This document shows, in pieces, positions 1 through 12,559 of a DNA stretch of 64,000 bases (position 1 is its first letter; each line of letters begins with the position of its first letter). The notes beneath the pieces were generated by a model, which ran no database searches, had not been told where the DNA came from, and worked only from the letters and a program-made list of their open reading frames with translations. The position numbers and the translations under genes are program-made. Origin of the DNA: Anthoceros angustus (taxonomy: Eukaryota; Plantae; Anthocerotophyta); assembly GCA_010909165.1 (NCBI GenBank), contig MU008163.1, positions 2,046,001 through 2,110,000 on the forward strand. The letters run 5' to 3'.

Positions 1-1
1 C

Positions 2-388
2 GGCAGGTTCCATCTGGACAACGCCGAGCTGTGGACGGTGGACGTGAAGGACAGTAGGTCGCCTTACAATATCGACCTGCAGTCGGTGGCGTTGCACGAG
101 ATCGGGCATCTCTTAGGGTTGGGCCATTCTGGGGACCCGGACGCGATCATGTACCCTAGCATCAGCCCGCAGAAATCCAAGCAGGTCCTCATGGCTGACG
201 ACATTGCCGGTGCGCAGTCTCTGTACGGGGCGAATCCCAACTACGACCCGAATGCGCCACTGCCCACCTTCGACCCCAATAATCAGGCAGTTGGGAACAA
301 CGGTGCGCATACCGTGCTTTCTCAGTGTACTCTAGTCTCCACCTCGCTGGCCACGTTGCTTGCGACGCTTACTCTTGTGTGGAGATGA
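2..388 (+). CDS. Matrix metalloproteinase (matrixin, peptidase M10A), 3' part; gene starts upstream of window
   Basis: Zinc-binding HEIGHLLGLGHS (HExxHxxGxxH), Met-turn AIMYP, preceding DIDLQSVAL-like segment typical of plant MMPs, hydrophobic C-terminus resembling a GPI signal. Frame is open from position 2. Confidence 0.93.
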   Translation, partial: GRFHLDNAELWTVDVKDSRSPYNIDLQSVALHEIGHLLGLGHSGDPDAIMYPSISPQKSKQVLMADDIAGAQSLYGANPNYDPNAPLPTFDPNNQAVGNNGAHTVLSQCTLVSTSLATLLATLTLVWR

Positions 389-841
389 GCCCATGGCAAG
401 CCAGTCCAATCAAAGCAAGAGCATGTCGTTTCCTCGAGAAAAAATCATGATAGTTTTAAGTACGTATGTACCTACCTTCGGATCGTTGGCTTCACAAGGT
501 CCTCACCCAATTCGTCACTGTTGAGTAGGTAGAGATTTATTACACGCTGCTTGTCCAACTTGTACCTACCACATACTGAATTTCCTAGACGGTACAAAAC
601 TTGTTGAAGATAGACTTCAATATGCTACACACGCACACCAGACTAGCTGTAACGCGTAGTTAAGAGCGTGAACGACGAACAGTGCCCAGAATGTCATACG
701 ATGGTACACCGGCAGCCGTTTCTGGAACCACATTGCAATCGAATGGAAGGGCTTGATTAGTGGCAGGCTCCAACCCGTGGACTGCCAACAGTTCGAAGAA
801 CAATCAAAGCCAAGTATTAGCGCGAAAGAGAACAGTCTGAC

Positions 842-2960
842 CTACTTCAGCTGAAGTTGTCTCGCATGGGGCCTCAGAATTTTGAGACGAAACTCCGCCT
901 GGGCTTGCCAGTAGGATAAAGTTGGTGGGGGTACGCCTTCATACTCAATCACTGCAGCACAGATCCAACTGTCGTCAGGATGGAATAGCCAACCCACAAG
1001 TCATAGGAGGTGGAGAGGAGCTGATGCCTTACTGAAGCTGGCGGAAATGGTTCCCCAGAGCGCGGCCGTGAGAAGGTTTCTTGTTTTCCACCACCCAACC
1101 AGGAATCCTCCACAGAAGCAGTTGCCGCATCCAGTGGGATCCACTACACCTCTCACGTCAGCTCCGATGTCATAAATCTGACCCTGGCTGCCTTCCGATT
1201 GTGCATCGACATTCTCTGTGTCAGATGGCAATCTCTTGGCATTGAACCTCTTGGATGAGAATCTGTTCGATCCCCGATCAAAGGTCGTGTGGAACGCAGG
1301 AACTTCCCAAGTCTCCCCAGTGTCTGACCTATCACACCAGAACAACCAACAAGCCGGTTGTTGCTGAGGCTATCCTGTTTCAAGCATTCTGTGGTTACTT
1401 CTCCAAGAAGTATCAAGGTGATTTGAAGTAGTTCACCTGTGAACAATGCATCCCAAGTGGCCACGTCTCAATGAGACCACCTGCTAGCAAAGGAACAGCG
1501 GAACTTTTGGATCAATACATGGATGTCTTGCCAGTTCATACGATTCATGTCTCTACCCGATTTCCCAGAGCACTCACCTCAGCACCCAATTCGACAAGGC
1601 GTCCAATGATCTCGAGAGGCGATCCTGGTCCCACTAGTGAAATGGCTTCTTTTTCGTTCGGAGAAAATATATTGGCTGCAGAAACAAGAGCCCTGCAAAT
1701 CCGCATGTCCGTGCCAGTACTAATAAACACACGTCCCTGTTCTAAAATGTCTCCATCGACAGAAAGCAGCTCAAGATACTCACATCAGTTCAGTCCGAGT
1801 AACAATGTCTTCAGCATGAGTGTACGTCTCAACGCTCACTACATCAGCACCTGTGCGACGAAGACTCCTGATAAAGTCCACATCACGTCCACTGGGGTGC
1901 ACTCCTGCATGGTAAACCTTCGCTTTCCTGTATGCAAGCAAGTACTTGTTAGTCCCACTTCCTAAGAGCCGACCAACAGTCACAAACAACAGAGAGAGGT
2001 GCCAACCAAAAGCAAGCTTCTGACTGACCATCATGTCCAGCTCTGCACGTAAATAGAAGAGTTTACAAACCTAACTGATATTCAAACGGAAGAAGAGTCA
2101 TAGCTGGCCGAAGCATACCCCATACCTCGGGTCCCACAGCCACTCGCCATACCTGGGCAAGGAAGACAGAAAAAGTTCATGGAAGGGAAGAGCAGATGAA
2201 GCACCTGCTGATGCACTTAGCGAAAACAATACCTGAGACCTCCGGCCGTCCGTCTCTAAAATCTGGCACACAGCAGTACATGGTATCATAAGAGACATAA
2301 CAGAAAGGAATAACCGCCCCACAAAAACGGAAAGGAATCTATGGACTCAAGAATAGTACAACACTATGAGATGCAGGATGCATATCCGCAGGAAAGCCAC
2401 TGGATGCAACCTGCATCCCCCACTGGATGATTGAGCTGATCGCTAAAACTGACACCATGACCAGACGCTACGAGCTGCCTAGCTAACCTGCCAAGCCCTC
2501 AGAGTCGAATACGGCCAGACAATGAGCCCGGAGACGTCTATTTCCATATCTTGAAGCCATTCTTTGCACGAGGCCGGCAGGTCTCGTCCGACACCAGCAG
2601 CTAAGCCCACACTGCAGAGACACAGATCAAACTCAGTGCGCCAAATTCAGCTTCCCTCAATTACCAGCAGAGAGCACCGAATGCAACAATCGAAATGCCG
2701 CTTTCCAGCAGAACTGGATGAGCTAACCGAAGGCCTCACCTCTCGTCACTTTTGCTCCAAAGCTTGACACCGAAGGCGGTCTGAGGACCTGCACACACAC
2801 AGACCTTGAGCTGTACGAAGACGCACAAAACACAGCATCGAAATTCGCACAATTGGAGAACTGATGAGGTCAGACCTCCTCCCCCGATGCAGCCCAGGGT
2901 GGAGTGGCCATCGGGGTAGATGATGTCGTCCACGATCACTGTGAACGTCACAACATCCAT
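842..2960 (-). CDS. PfkB/ribokinase-family carbohydrate kinase, multi-exon
   Basis: Exon pieces MDVVTFTVIVDDIIYPDG...GGGG / PQTAFGVKLW / NEKEAISLVG / VVDPTGCGNCFCGGFLVG (PfkB C-terminal signature DxxGxGD/N). Last exon ends ...HARQLQLK* at 842. Exon boundaries only partly resolved. Confidence 0.85.
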
Positions 2961-3651
2961 CTCCACTGTGCCGACGTCTGAAAGCGCCTCAGGAACGTCT
3001 CTTCATCTTACAAAGCCGGCTCAGCTCCGGCGCTGGACATTCTGCCGCCTCCCGCATTCATTTTGCACGGACTCCACGCCGCCTCACACCGACTCCGTGT
3101 TGCCTGCGGCCGGCTGGACAAATCTTTGCTGGAGGCGTCGTAACATTGTTAGAAAGGCAAGAATCAGCCACGAAACTTCGTTGCACGCATCTGCGGTCTT
3201 CTCAAAGCAGTGAAACAGGACGCCCCAGCACGGCGCAGTTGAAGAACGCCGTTTGAATAGAAAGGCGTTAAGCGCACCCTATCCGGTACGCGGTTCCTCC
3301 TCCAGGTTGGACACGGTCAGAAACGCGGTTAGAAGGGGGGGGAAAGGGGGGGCGCCAAGTGCAGGGCCCCTTGTCGCGGTTGTATGTATGTATGTACTGT
3401 GGAGTCAGTACATTGCACGAGGGCCACAGTTGTGCGAAGGTTGCGGCTGCGGCGTCCGTTACCCCTGCAGATGCTTGTGGAGGAAGACATCGCCGGAAAG
3501 CTCCAGATTTGCTGCGGAAAGATTGCATATGAATGTGTGAAAAATTGCGGAGCGGTGGTATTCAAGCCGCTGAGGAGGACTCCTGGTTGAGGTGGAGGAA
3601 TGAGGAATTGGTCCACAATAGAGAGCTCGGAAGGCCGGTTCTTGTGATGAA

Positions 3652-5452
3652 ATGAAGCCGGCTGCAGCCGCGGCAATAGCGCAGTCCTGTGCAGGTTCTC
3701 TTCCGGTCTCATTTGGAGCCGGAGCTCAGGTGTGCTCTCTGCCGGCTGTAAAAGCAGCATTTTATCCATGGAACAGGGTCACTGGTCTGTGCCTGCGAGT
3801 TCCTGTTGCTTCTCGGTTCAGAAAGCGGGAGTCTTTCACCAGGTATGGCAGTTCTTGCTTTCTAATGCGTTGGCAGCATTTGATCGGATCTGAGTCCAAT
3901 CTGTGGTGATCAGGTTCTGCTTTGACTCCGATGGCTCTCGATCAGAGGAGAGAGCCGATGCTGTGGAGGCTGAACGTCCGCCAGAGCAGCGGGCCGAATC
4001 GTTTAGAACGAGCAAAGAGGAGCTTAGGACGTCGCTGGTCGCATTGACTGAGGTTCTGGCCTCGCTTTCGACGGCAGTAGCTCAGATTCAAGCCACTGTG
4101 GAGCACCTTAGCAAGGTGATTGAGAGCGCGGATGGTTTTGACTCACCGGTGGTGACCAAGGCAAAAGAAAGGCACAGTAGTCCTTCCAGGCCGGAGGTGT
4201 CCGTGAATGGAGCACCGGTGCTTGATCTGGATCCCACGGCTTCGGAACCGTGGGATGTTGCGGAGATTGGAGGCGGAATACCGGGGACGATAGGAGGAGC
4301 GGCAGAGCCTGACGACAGCGTGCCGGCATACCTTGTAGAGCAGAATGCTCGTGCACATAAACTGGCTTACCGGCTGCAAAGGGCGTTTGTCCAAGCTCGG
4401 ATTGAAGGCCTTGGTAAACCCTTTCAGGTTCTCCCGTCAGAGCCTCGTTTTGCTGCCGTTTTTCGCGACAGACGCAGTGTTGCTTGGTTTGAAACTGGAA
4501 ACTGGGGAGCCGAGGTGAACTGTCCTGACACGGACTTCTGGCATTCAGTTGGCAGTGGAGGACTTCGTGACTACCTGCATGGAAGCACATGCAGCAGGCC
4601 TGGGACTGAACGAACTCCAGCTACAGGTTATTCTGGCAGAGGGAGCTTTAACTGGAGCATTTTCAGTGAAGTCACAGCTTTTCTCTAAAGATCCACTTCT
4701 GGACGAGGTATGCCTGAATTTTGTCTTTACCTTTACATACAGAGGAAGTCTCACATCGACATGTCAGAAACGAAATGGCCGTGTGCTCGTTTGCAGGAAA
4801 GGAGGGTTCGCTCCTCTTGGGTCAGGCTCGTATACGCAACTCTTGCTGAAGTAATGTCGCCAACACACCCTCGCCATTTTGAGTCTGATGAATGCGACTT
4901 TCAGGAAGTGGTCAGATGCTGTGTTAACTCAATGAACGCGTCCTGAAGTGTGCTTCTTCAGGTATCTGACCTGCAAAAGGGCGGCTCCGCAGAAAGGCCA
5001 CCTGGAGAGGACGGGCAGGGCAGGGAAAGTGATCCAAGTGATGTCTTCGTAAAGCAGGTACTTTTGATTCAAAACCAACGAACTGGCAGGAGTTCATGCT
5101 CGTCCAGTACATCATGCTCGTCTAGTACGGGCTGCTAAAAGTCGTTGTGAACTTGGTGTGATCAGGCAGTGAAGATGGCCCTTGAGGATGGCTACGACCT
5201 CGAACGCATAAAGTTGGAACAGGTGTGATTGGTTCTTTAGCAACTGATCAACTCCTCCAGCTTCAAACTCTTCTGCACATGCTTCCGGTGCCTTCCCTGA
5301 TCATTTGTGATATGTCATTCGCAGAGTTTCTCAGACGCTCCGGATATCTCCAAGTCGATAAAAATGATGAGACAGAGCCAATACTTGGTCGTCCTAACGA
5401 TGGAGAAGGCCCTTGGGCCAAGAAAGCAGAGCGGGTAATCAATCAAATTTAA
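3652..5452 (+). CDS. Multi-exon protein of unknown function with a transit-peptide-like N-terminus
   Basis: ATG 3652 (MKPAAAAAIAQS..., Ala/Ser/Arg-rich), GT donor ~3843 and AG acceptor ~3914, long exon with coiled-coil-like segment (EELRTSLVALTEVLASL), further short exon-like blocks ending AERVINQI* at 5452. No family recognised. Confidence 0.55.
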
Positions 5453-5601
5453 CCTGAAGCGAGCCCAACAAGAGTTAAGATCAGAACTTGATTGCCCTTT
5501 ATTAGAAGGGATACAACCCAAAACATGCATGCACCCCCTCCAAAAATGGGTGCAAGAAAGTAATTTCCGCCTAGAGTCTTTACAGGTGCAACGCGTGGCA
5601 C

Positions 5602-8186
5602 CTAGTCAGCCGATTTCATAGTGGCATCCATATCCTTATCTCCCACAACATCAGTGGAATTTAAACGAGGACTCACTTGAGGACTTTGCACAGTTTTCTC
5701 CACATTTTCGAACTTGGAGGTGGCCCACGGGGCAGTGCCCACAGTCGGGCTCCTGACTCTTTCTACCGTAAGAAGGGCAACGCCATCCCGAGCATCATAC
5801 CAGTCATGCCCACATTTCAGACACTCAAACTGATAACGGTCTCCTTTCCCTACTTGAAAGAAGTCCTTCACCCCAACATCCCGCTCATGACAAAACTTGC
5901 AAGTTAAGTCCGTCATTTGCATGGCCTTGGGCTGAACCGGCTCTTTGGAAGAGGTCTGCTCGGCGGATGTTAAGCCCTCCTTGAGCTCGCCGGGAGACAT
6001 GTTCAGCACCGTCGTGGAATCCAGCTCCTTGAGCAGCAGCCTGCGTGCAAGTCTGGTACAGTTTCTCAAATTGAAATCCAGACTCCTCATCTTCAAGTTA
6101 TACTTGTGCACATCAAACCCCAGAGCATCAAACACGCAGTTCTCCAGTGCCGACACCGCTTCCACAGCCGTGGCTGGCCAGGACAGATCCCCTCCCTGCT
6201 TCTCAGCCCCGTTGGCCGTTCTCCCACCTGTTGAATCCCCCCCTGCACTTCCCGAGACCGTGGCATCGGTCCCTCCCTGCTTTCCCCCATGGCCCCCATC
6301 CACAGCACCAGCAGCAGCATCCTGCATCCTCACATCCGGCTGCTCCTCTCCCGCCTCCTTCGACACCTCACTCTCCTTCTCCTTCCCCTTCTCTTCTGCC
6401 ACATCCCCGTTACCCTTCTCCCCAACAGCATCCAAGGGGCCTGCACCACCCCGATCCTCACCCTTGCCTTCGCCCTCAAGCCGTGCACTGGCAGCAAGCT
6501 CTCCCTTCTCCTCCCCCTTACCAGCACCTTCACCATCTTCCACCTTCTCCGCCTCACAAACATACTTCACGCCATGCAAAACCTTCTCCAACCACCTGGT
6601 CCTCCCCACGTTCAACTGCACCTTGCCGTACTTCTCCAAAATCCCGTACGCTTCACTCTGCTGCGGCGTCCTAGGCGTGTCCCTGGAACCCTCCTTCCCG
6701 CCATCTTCCAGTCTCACCTTGCCCGTCCTCTCCCCACTCCCATGATACTCCTGCTGCCGCTCCCCTCTCCCCGCATGCGACTGCTCCAGCTGCCTATCCA
6801 CCCTCAACGACGTCAAATTCCTCCGTTTCTTCGCCTTCAGAGCAGGATCCTCCTTCACCTGCTCCCCGCTAACCTCCGCCTTCACAACCTCATTCGGCAG
6901 ATCCCCCAGCGTCTTCCTGGTATTCTCCATCAGGGCCTCGATCTCCTTCTGCTTCGAATCCTCATAATCTTTATCATTCAGCTTCCACAACCGCTTCTCC
7001 GCCGCATCATACACTCTCCGCACAATATGCCCGGGATGCTTCGACTGCTCCGGCAACTGCTTCCCGGGAGGAATAAAATGCACCACGCACTTATGCATAA
7101 CCGACTCCGCCGGCACATCATCCCGATGGAAGCTGTAGAAAAGCTCCCGCGCATCCACCGACGAGTGGTACCCGCCCACCGCCTTCTCCGCCTCCTCCGG
7201 GCGGTAAAACCACTGGCCACCGACCGTGAGCGAGCCATCCACACTCTGCTTGATCTCCTTGATCATGGCCACATACGGCTTCTGCGTCTTGCTCTCGGGA
7301 GTGACCAGCACCGTGTCCTCCAGCTGGTACTGCGCCATCTTCCGCCTCGAAGGCCCTGTAATGCTTCACCAAGCTCCTTCCCCGCCATCTTCCAGTCTCA
7401 CCTTGCCCGTCCTCTCCCACTCCCATGATACTCCTGCTGCTCCTCTCCCCGCATGCGACTGCTCCAGCTGCCTATCCACCCTCAACGACGTCAAATTCCT
7501 CCGTTTCTTCGCCTTCAGAGCAGGATCCTCCTTCACCTGCTCCCCGCCAACCTCCGCCTTCACAACCTCATTCGGCAGATCCCCAGCGTCTTCCTGGTAT
7601 TCTCCATCAGGGCCTCGATCTCCTTCTGCTTCGAATCCTCATAATCTTTATCATTCAGCTTCCACAACCGCTTCTCCGCCGCATCATACACTCTCCGCAC
7701 AATATGCCCGGGATGCTTCGACTGCTCCGGCAACTGCTTCCCGGGAGGAATAAAATGCACCACGCACTTATGCATAACCGACTCCGCCGGCACATCATCC
7801 CGATGGAAGCTGTAGAAAAGCTCCCGCGCATCCACCGACGAGTGGTACCCGCCCACCGCCTTCTCCGCCTCCTCCGGGCGGTAAAACCACTGGCCACCGA
7901 CCGTGAGCGAGCCATCCACACTCTGCTTGATCTCCTTGATCATGGCCACATACGGCTTCTGCGTCTTGCTCTCGGGAGTGACCAGCACCGTGTCCTCCAG
8001 CTGGTACTCCGCGCCATCTTCCGCCTCGAAGGCCCTGTAATGCTTCACCAAGCTCCTTCCCCGCCCCGACTTCTTGATCACCGGGCCCACCGGCTTGGCC
8101 TCGCCTCCTTCCTCCTCGTCAGAATTCTGGTCATCATCATCCCTCTCCGCATCCAACCCCGACGTGCTCAGCTTCCGCTTCCCCAT
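5602..8186 (-). CDS. AIPP3: BAH + TFIIS-central-like + C-terminal Zn-ribbon protein (AIPP3/BDT1-like), interrupted by a ~680 bp internal tandem duplication
   Basis: BAH domain (YQLEDTVLVTPE...GQWFYRPEEA...RELFYSFHRDDVPAESVMHKCVVHF), TFIIS_M-like segment (KYNLKMRSLDFNLRN), Zn ribbon CKFC...CLKCGHDW. Joining 8186-7981 to 7303-5602 gives a single intronless 1908-nt frame (635 aa). Confidence 0.8.
6691..8066. repeat. Tandem duplication, unit ~680 bp, inside the BAH gene
   Basis: 6691-7374 is repeated at 7375-8066. The junction lies in shared CTCCTTCCC(C)GCC microhomology; copies differ by small indels. Confidence 0.95.
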
Positions 8187-9017
8187 CGCGCGTGCTTGTG
8201 TGCTCGTTGCTCCTCCCGATCGGGCCCGTGTGCTTGCTGCTGTCGATCGAGCCGGATTGCTTACTCCTCCGGACCGAGCCGGTGTGTTTGCTAATCTCGA
8301 TGGAGCCTTCGCGGCATAGTAGGGCTTTGGTGGCCTCAAGCCAAGGCGCATGCCGGCTCCCCTTTCCTGTCGTCCGTCATCGGGAATCACCGAATTCGGC
8401 CACGACGTCGACATTGACACGCAGTTCACCTTTAAATTTTTCCGCAAACGGCTGAAATTGTGGAAATTCGAGAATAAACGCCGTTCCAGAGAAATCACAA
8501 ATTCTCACTACACCTATCACAGGACAACATTCCTTCACTAAGGACTAGAGCATGGCACTAACCAGAACCCAAATCAACATAAGCTCTCTTCACAGCAATA
8601 TAGAGTAAACAGCCTCATCATTTTCTAGAAGTCACTCTAAGCATAGTGCTATGTTCCAATCCTTTATACTCTTGAAGTGCTATGTTCCAATCCTTCATAC
8701 TCTTGAAGTCGTACCTTATTAGTCATAGCCATGGAGAGTATTAGGCTTCATTCCTTCATACCCTAGAAGTCCCGGCAATGCAGAATATTATGTTCCATTT
8801 CTTTAGAACATGACAACCATAAAAACGGAAGGCGAAGAAAAGTTGTATAGATGATAACAATGAACAAAGCAAGAGGCAAAAAACAACTAGATCGATGATC
8901 TACTATCCCCAGACGTCTCCAACATACCTTCGAAATAGTAAAACTATGAAAAAGGCGGCCAAAAAGAGTTAGGTAAACAATGTCACCAGCATAAGTTCTG
9001 CAATCGTACAGGCCACG

Positions 9018-9215
9018 AGTGGAAGGTGGCCAAGAGGTGGAAGGCGGCCAAGGCCAAGAGGTGGAAGGCGGCCAAGGCCAAGAGGTGGAAGGCGGCCAAG
9101 GCCAAGAGGTGGAAGGCGGCCAAGGCCAAGAGGTGGAAGGCGGCCAAGGCCAAGAGGTGCAAGGCGACCAAGGCAAAGAAGACGGCCAAGGCAAAGAAGG
9201 CGGCCAAGGCATAGA
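9018..9215 (+). repeat. 24-bp tandem array (GGTGGAAGGCGGCCAAGGCCAAGA), ~6 copies plus degenerate tail
   Basis: Directly visible. Reads KRWKAAKA or EGGQGQEV in two + frames. Confidence 0.95.
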
Positions 9216-10036
9216 AGGCGGCCAAGAAGGATTGGTAGATGGTCTCAATGAGCAGAAGTTATGCCCTTTTATAGCGAGGAGTGGTCGGAAATGTCGATAA
9301 CAGTGAAGCAATCTCGAGGGATGATTGAATATTGCTCGATATTTCTAGATCGTACATAGGCAATTTATGATTAAATGAATAGACGAATAACATTACTCAT
9401 AATATTTCATTCCATCATATTGTCCTTTAACTTGTTTTGGTGTGTCTTGTGGGCCGAGGATACTCCAAATATAAGCAATAATTGAACTTCGTAGTTACAG
9501 CCCCAATGAATGGATCGCCCCAATGAATGGATCACTACTGCGATGAGGGTCTTACTTATTATGAAATGGCTGCCCCACTCGAGATCAAGATCGTGAGATT
9601 TTTGTTCATCGCCAAATAGTCACTTCGTCAACAAGAGGCAGGGCCTTTGCAAAGTGCATTGGATACTTTTTGAATGTCTTTGGAACCCCCTATGTCTCTC
9701 CTACATGTGTCCCTCCCATTTGTCTTTGTGATTGGTGATTCTGGTCTTGAATTTTCATGATCCGGTGCGCACGGTTTGTCTTGTGGCCCCCCTTTTCCCT
9801 ACGGATGATTGGTGATTGGTGATATACTCCTTCAAGCTTGCCGCCTTTGCCCTTCGAGCTGGCTGCTGTAGCCTTTCAAGCTACCTAATGTATGATATCA
9901 AGTTGCTCTACCTAATGTATGATATCAAGTTGCTCTGAAGATATCTTGGTTGAGTGCTCAGGAGAATTCACAATACTCTTCGCCTACTCCCGCATCAAGA
10001 ACCCATATATGTTGATTGATTACTCATGTTACGACC

Positions 10037-10800
10037 GGCGGCGATGTGGTAAACCCGCCCTGAGCTGATGGTGTATGTGGTGTATGTCATCCCTCTCGGC
10101 CGCTATGCAACTCCCTTGCTTATCTCTCTGTGTGAAGGTTTTCTCTCTCTATGTTGGAAGGTTTTGCAGTCAATATGTTGAAGTATATTGCCATGCTTAG
10201 GGTCTCTTATTGTAGCCAACTTGCATGCATTATTTTTGAACATTGGTTTTAACTAAGTGCGCACCAGTTGAGCTGACAAAGGTCTTCCATCTTGATTGTT
10301 GGCTCTTCTCGCCATGTTATTGAGGCCGTCATCGCTCTTGTTGGCCATACTGGCTATGCTATTCAGCTATGTACAACCTGCGGCGACGTAGTAAACCCGC
10401 CCTAAGCTGATGGTGTCCATGGTGTATGTGGTGTATGTCATCCCTCTCGCTATGCAACTCCCTTGCTTATCTCTCTGTGTGAAGGTTTTCTCTCTATGTT
10501 GGAAGGTTTTGATCAATATGTTGAAGTATATTGCCATGCTTAGGGTCTCTTATTGTAGCCAACTTGCATGCATTATTTTTGAACATTGGTTTTAACTAAG
10601 TGCGCATCAGCTTGAGCGACAAAGGTCTTCCATCTTGATTGTTGGCTCTTCGCCATGTTATTGAGGTCATTATCGCTCTTGTTGGCCATACCGGCTATGC
10701 TATTCACTATGTACAACCATGACGTAGTAAACCCGCCCTAAGCTGATGGTGTCCATGGTGTATGTCATCCCTCTCGGCCGCTACGCAGCTCCCTTACTTA
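10037..10800. repeat. ~340-bp tandem repeat, two full units and one partial unit
   Basis: GTAAACCCGCCC recurs at ~10049, ~10391 and ~10727 with near-identical downstream sequence. Confidence 0.9.
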
Positions 10801-11019
10801 TCTTCATGTTTGAAGACTATTATCAACTAGTGTGGAAAAACACTTCACATGAGAATTCGGCATAGCATATCACTATTAAATATTGTGCAAACTCTCTTTA
10901 CATGAGAATTTGGCACAACACTTCCATTATTCTCATCTCGTATAGAAGATTTCTCACTTGAGAATAACGCTCAGCAGATTATTATTCACTCATCAATTAT
11001 GTTATTGTTATCTACTCAT

Positions 11020-12545
11020 ACTTGGCTGAGGAGGTTTATGGAGTCGTGCTGGAGCGGTGTTCAGGGAGTGGTGTTCTCAAGGGTTTTGGAGCGGTGAGCG
11101 GTGTTCTCAAGGGCCTTCTATACATGGTCTTTTCCAGGGTCTTCTCCAGGTCTTTTTACAGGGCTCCCCAATATGATGCGGGCCACCCAATCTACGCCTA
11201 TCAAGGACACCCCCTGCCCAGTCTGCTCTCAGCTTTGCTCTGGGGTCAAGGGGGTGAAATGTCACATTGGGCACAAGCACAAGGATTTCGACAAGACTAC
11301 TTGGGAGGTACAAGTACGGCTTGCTTCTTCTTCCGGCTCACCCAATCCCTCTTCCGGCAGCCTCCTTTGGGCCGCCGCCAGAGTCTTGGGAGTGGCTTCG
11401 GAGGCAGTCCAACCACCTGCTGGCGTTGTTTCACACTCGTTTCCCGAGCCCCCATCTTTTTCGGCGGCTCCCGAGGCGTCTTCACGATGATGTTCGCCTT
11501 GCGTATCGCCTTACATTGGATCGCCTTGCGTATCGCCTTACATTGGATCGCCTTGTGTATCGCCTTACATTGGATCGCCTTGCGTACCGCCTTCCATTAG
11601 ATCACCTTGCGCAGGACCCTGTGGATGATGAGGCTTGGACTCTTTTTCTTTTCCTTCCTAGGTGGTGTCTTCGGCGCTCTAAGGGCGGTTCTTCGGGCCA
11701 TAGGGAGGTGGCTTCCCGCCTCCGCCGCTTTCGGGTGGGGGATTGGGAGGCTCTACAAGAGGAGTATCTTTTGGCGGCAAGATCTAGGTTGGGGTCGGCC
11801 AAGGTCGACCAGGTTTGTTCGGACCCTGGTAAGGCGCGTCTCCGAAGGTGTCATATGTTGGGTCGGAATGGTGAGTACGCGCGGGCCGCTAGGGTTCTCC
11901 GCCCGGAGCCGATGGCGCCGGTTTCTGAGGACACCATCGCCACGCTCCGTGCCCTTCATCCGGCCCCTAGTGACAGCATTCCACAGGATACCTTCGACTT
12001 CGTGCCCGAGGAGCTTTTTTGTCTAGACAGGGCGGTCTTTGGTGCCCTCCATCGCCTCGACTCTCCTCGGGTGGTCCGCTGTGATGCTTTATGACCACCT
12101 TCGAGATTATTTCTCCCAAGAGGATCCATCTAGTGGTTTTTTCAGAGCTTTTCATTCTGGCGGCTGCTGTGGCCAGAGGCGAGGTCCCTCGCAGGATCTC
12201 CCAGGTCTTGGGGGCTTGCAGGTTACTAGCTTTGGAGAAACCTACGTCGGGTACGCCTATTGCTGTCGGAGAGGTGTTCCTGCGCCTCATCAGCCGCAGC
12301 ATTGCGATTCAACTTCGGGAGCACTTCCGAAGCACCTTTGCCTCCACCAATTTGGGATTGCCACTCCAGGGGGTTGTGAGTCTGCGGCCTTTGGTATCAG
12401 ACGGTCCTCGAGTCTCACCCACATTGAGTTGCTCTACAAGTAGATGTCGAGAATGCTTTCAACACTGTGTCTAGGGCTGTCATTTCCTTGGAACTCAAGG
12501 ACGCAAATGGGCCTCATTCCATTTGTTCGCTCCTTCTACCGTTGC
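11020..12545 (+). mobile_element. Degenerate, 3'-truncated CRE/NeSL-like (RLE-class) non-LTR retrotransposon
   Basis: N-terminal C2H2 finger CPVCSQLCSGVKGVKCHIGHKH; pre-RT segment WTLFLFLPRWCL...GEYARAARVL...LRALHP; RT motifs LLALEKP..PIAVGEVFLRL, HQFGIATPGGCES, VDVENAFNTVSR, LIPFVRSFY across frameshifts. Confidence 0.85.
11496..11600 (+). repeat. 27-bp tandem repeat x~4 (RLAYRLTLD in the retroelement frame)
   Basis: CGCCTTGCGTATCGCCTTACATTGGAT units are directly visible. Confidence 0.9.
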
Positions 12546-12559
12546 TTTCCTTTCAACGC

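Noticed and set aside
5945-8294. Long plus-strand ORFs (266, 175, 379, 289 aa) opposite the BAH gene
   Set aside because: Ser/Pro/Leu-rich antisense shadows of a GC-rich coding strand, with no domain motifs.
8981-9302. Possible solo LTR (TG...CA with TATA-like box)
   Set aside because: No matching target-site duplication and only a 3-bp terminal inverted match.
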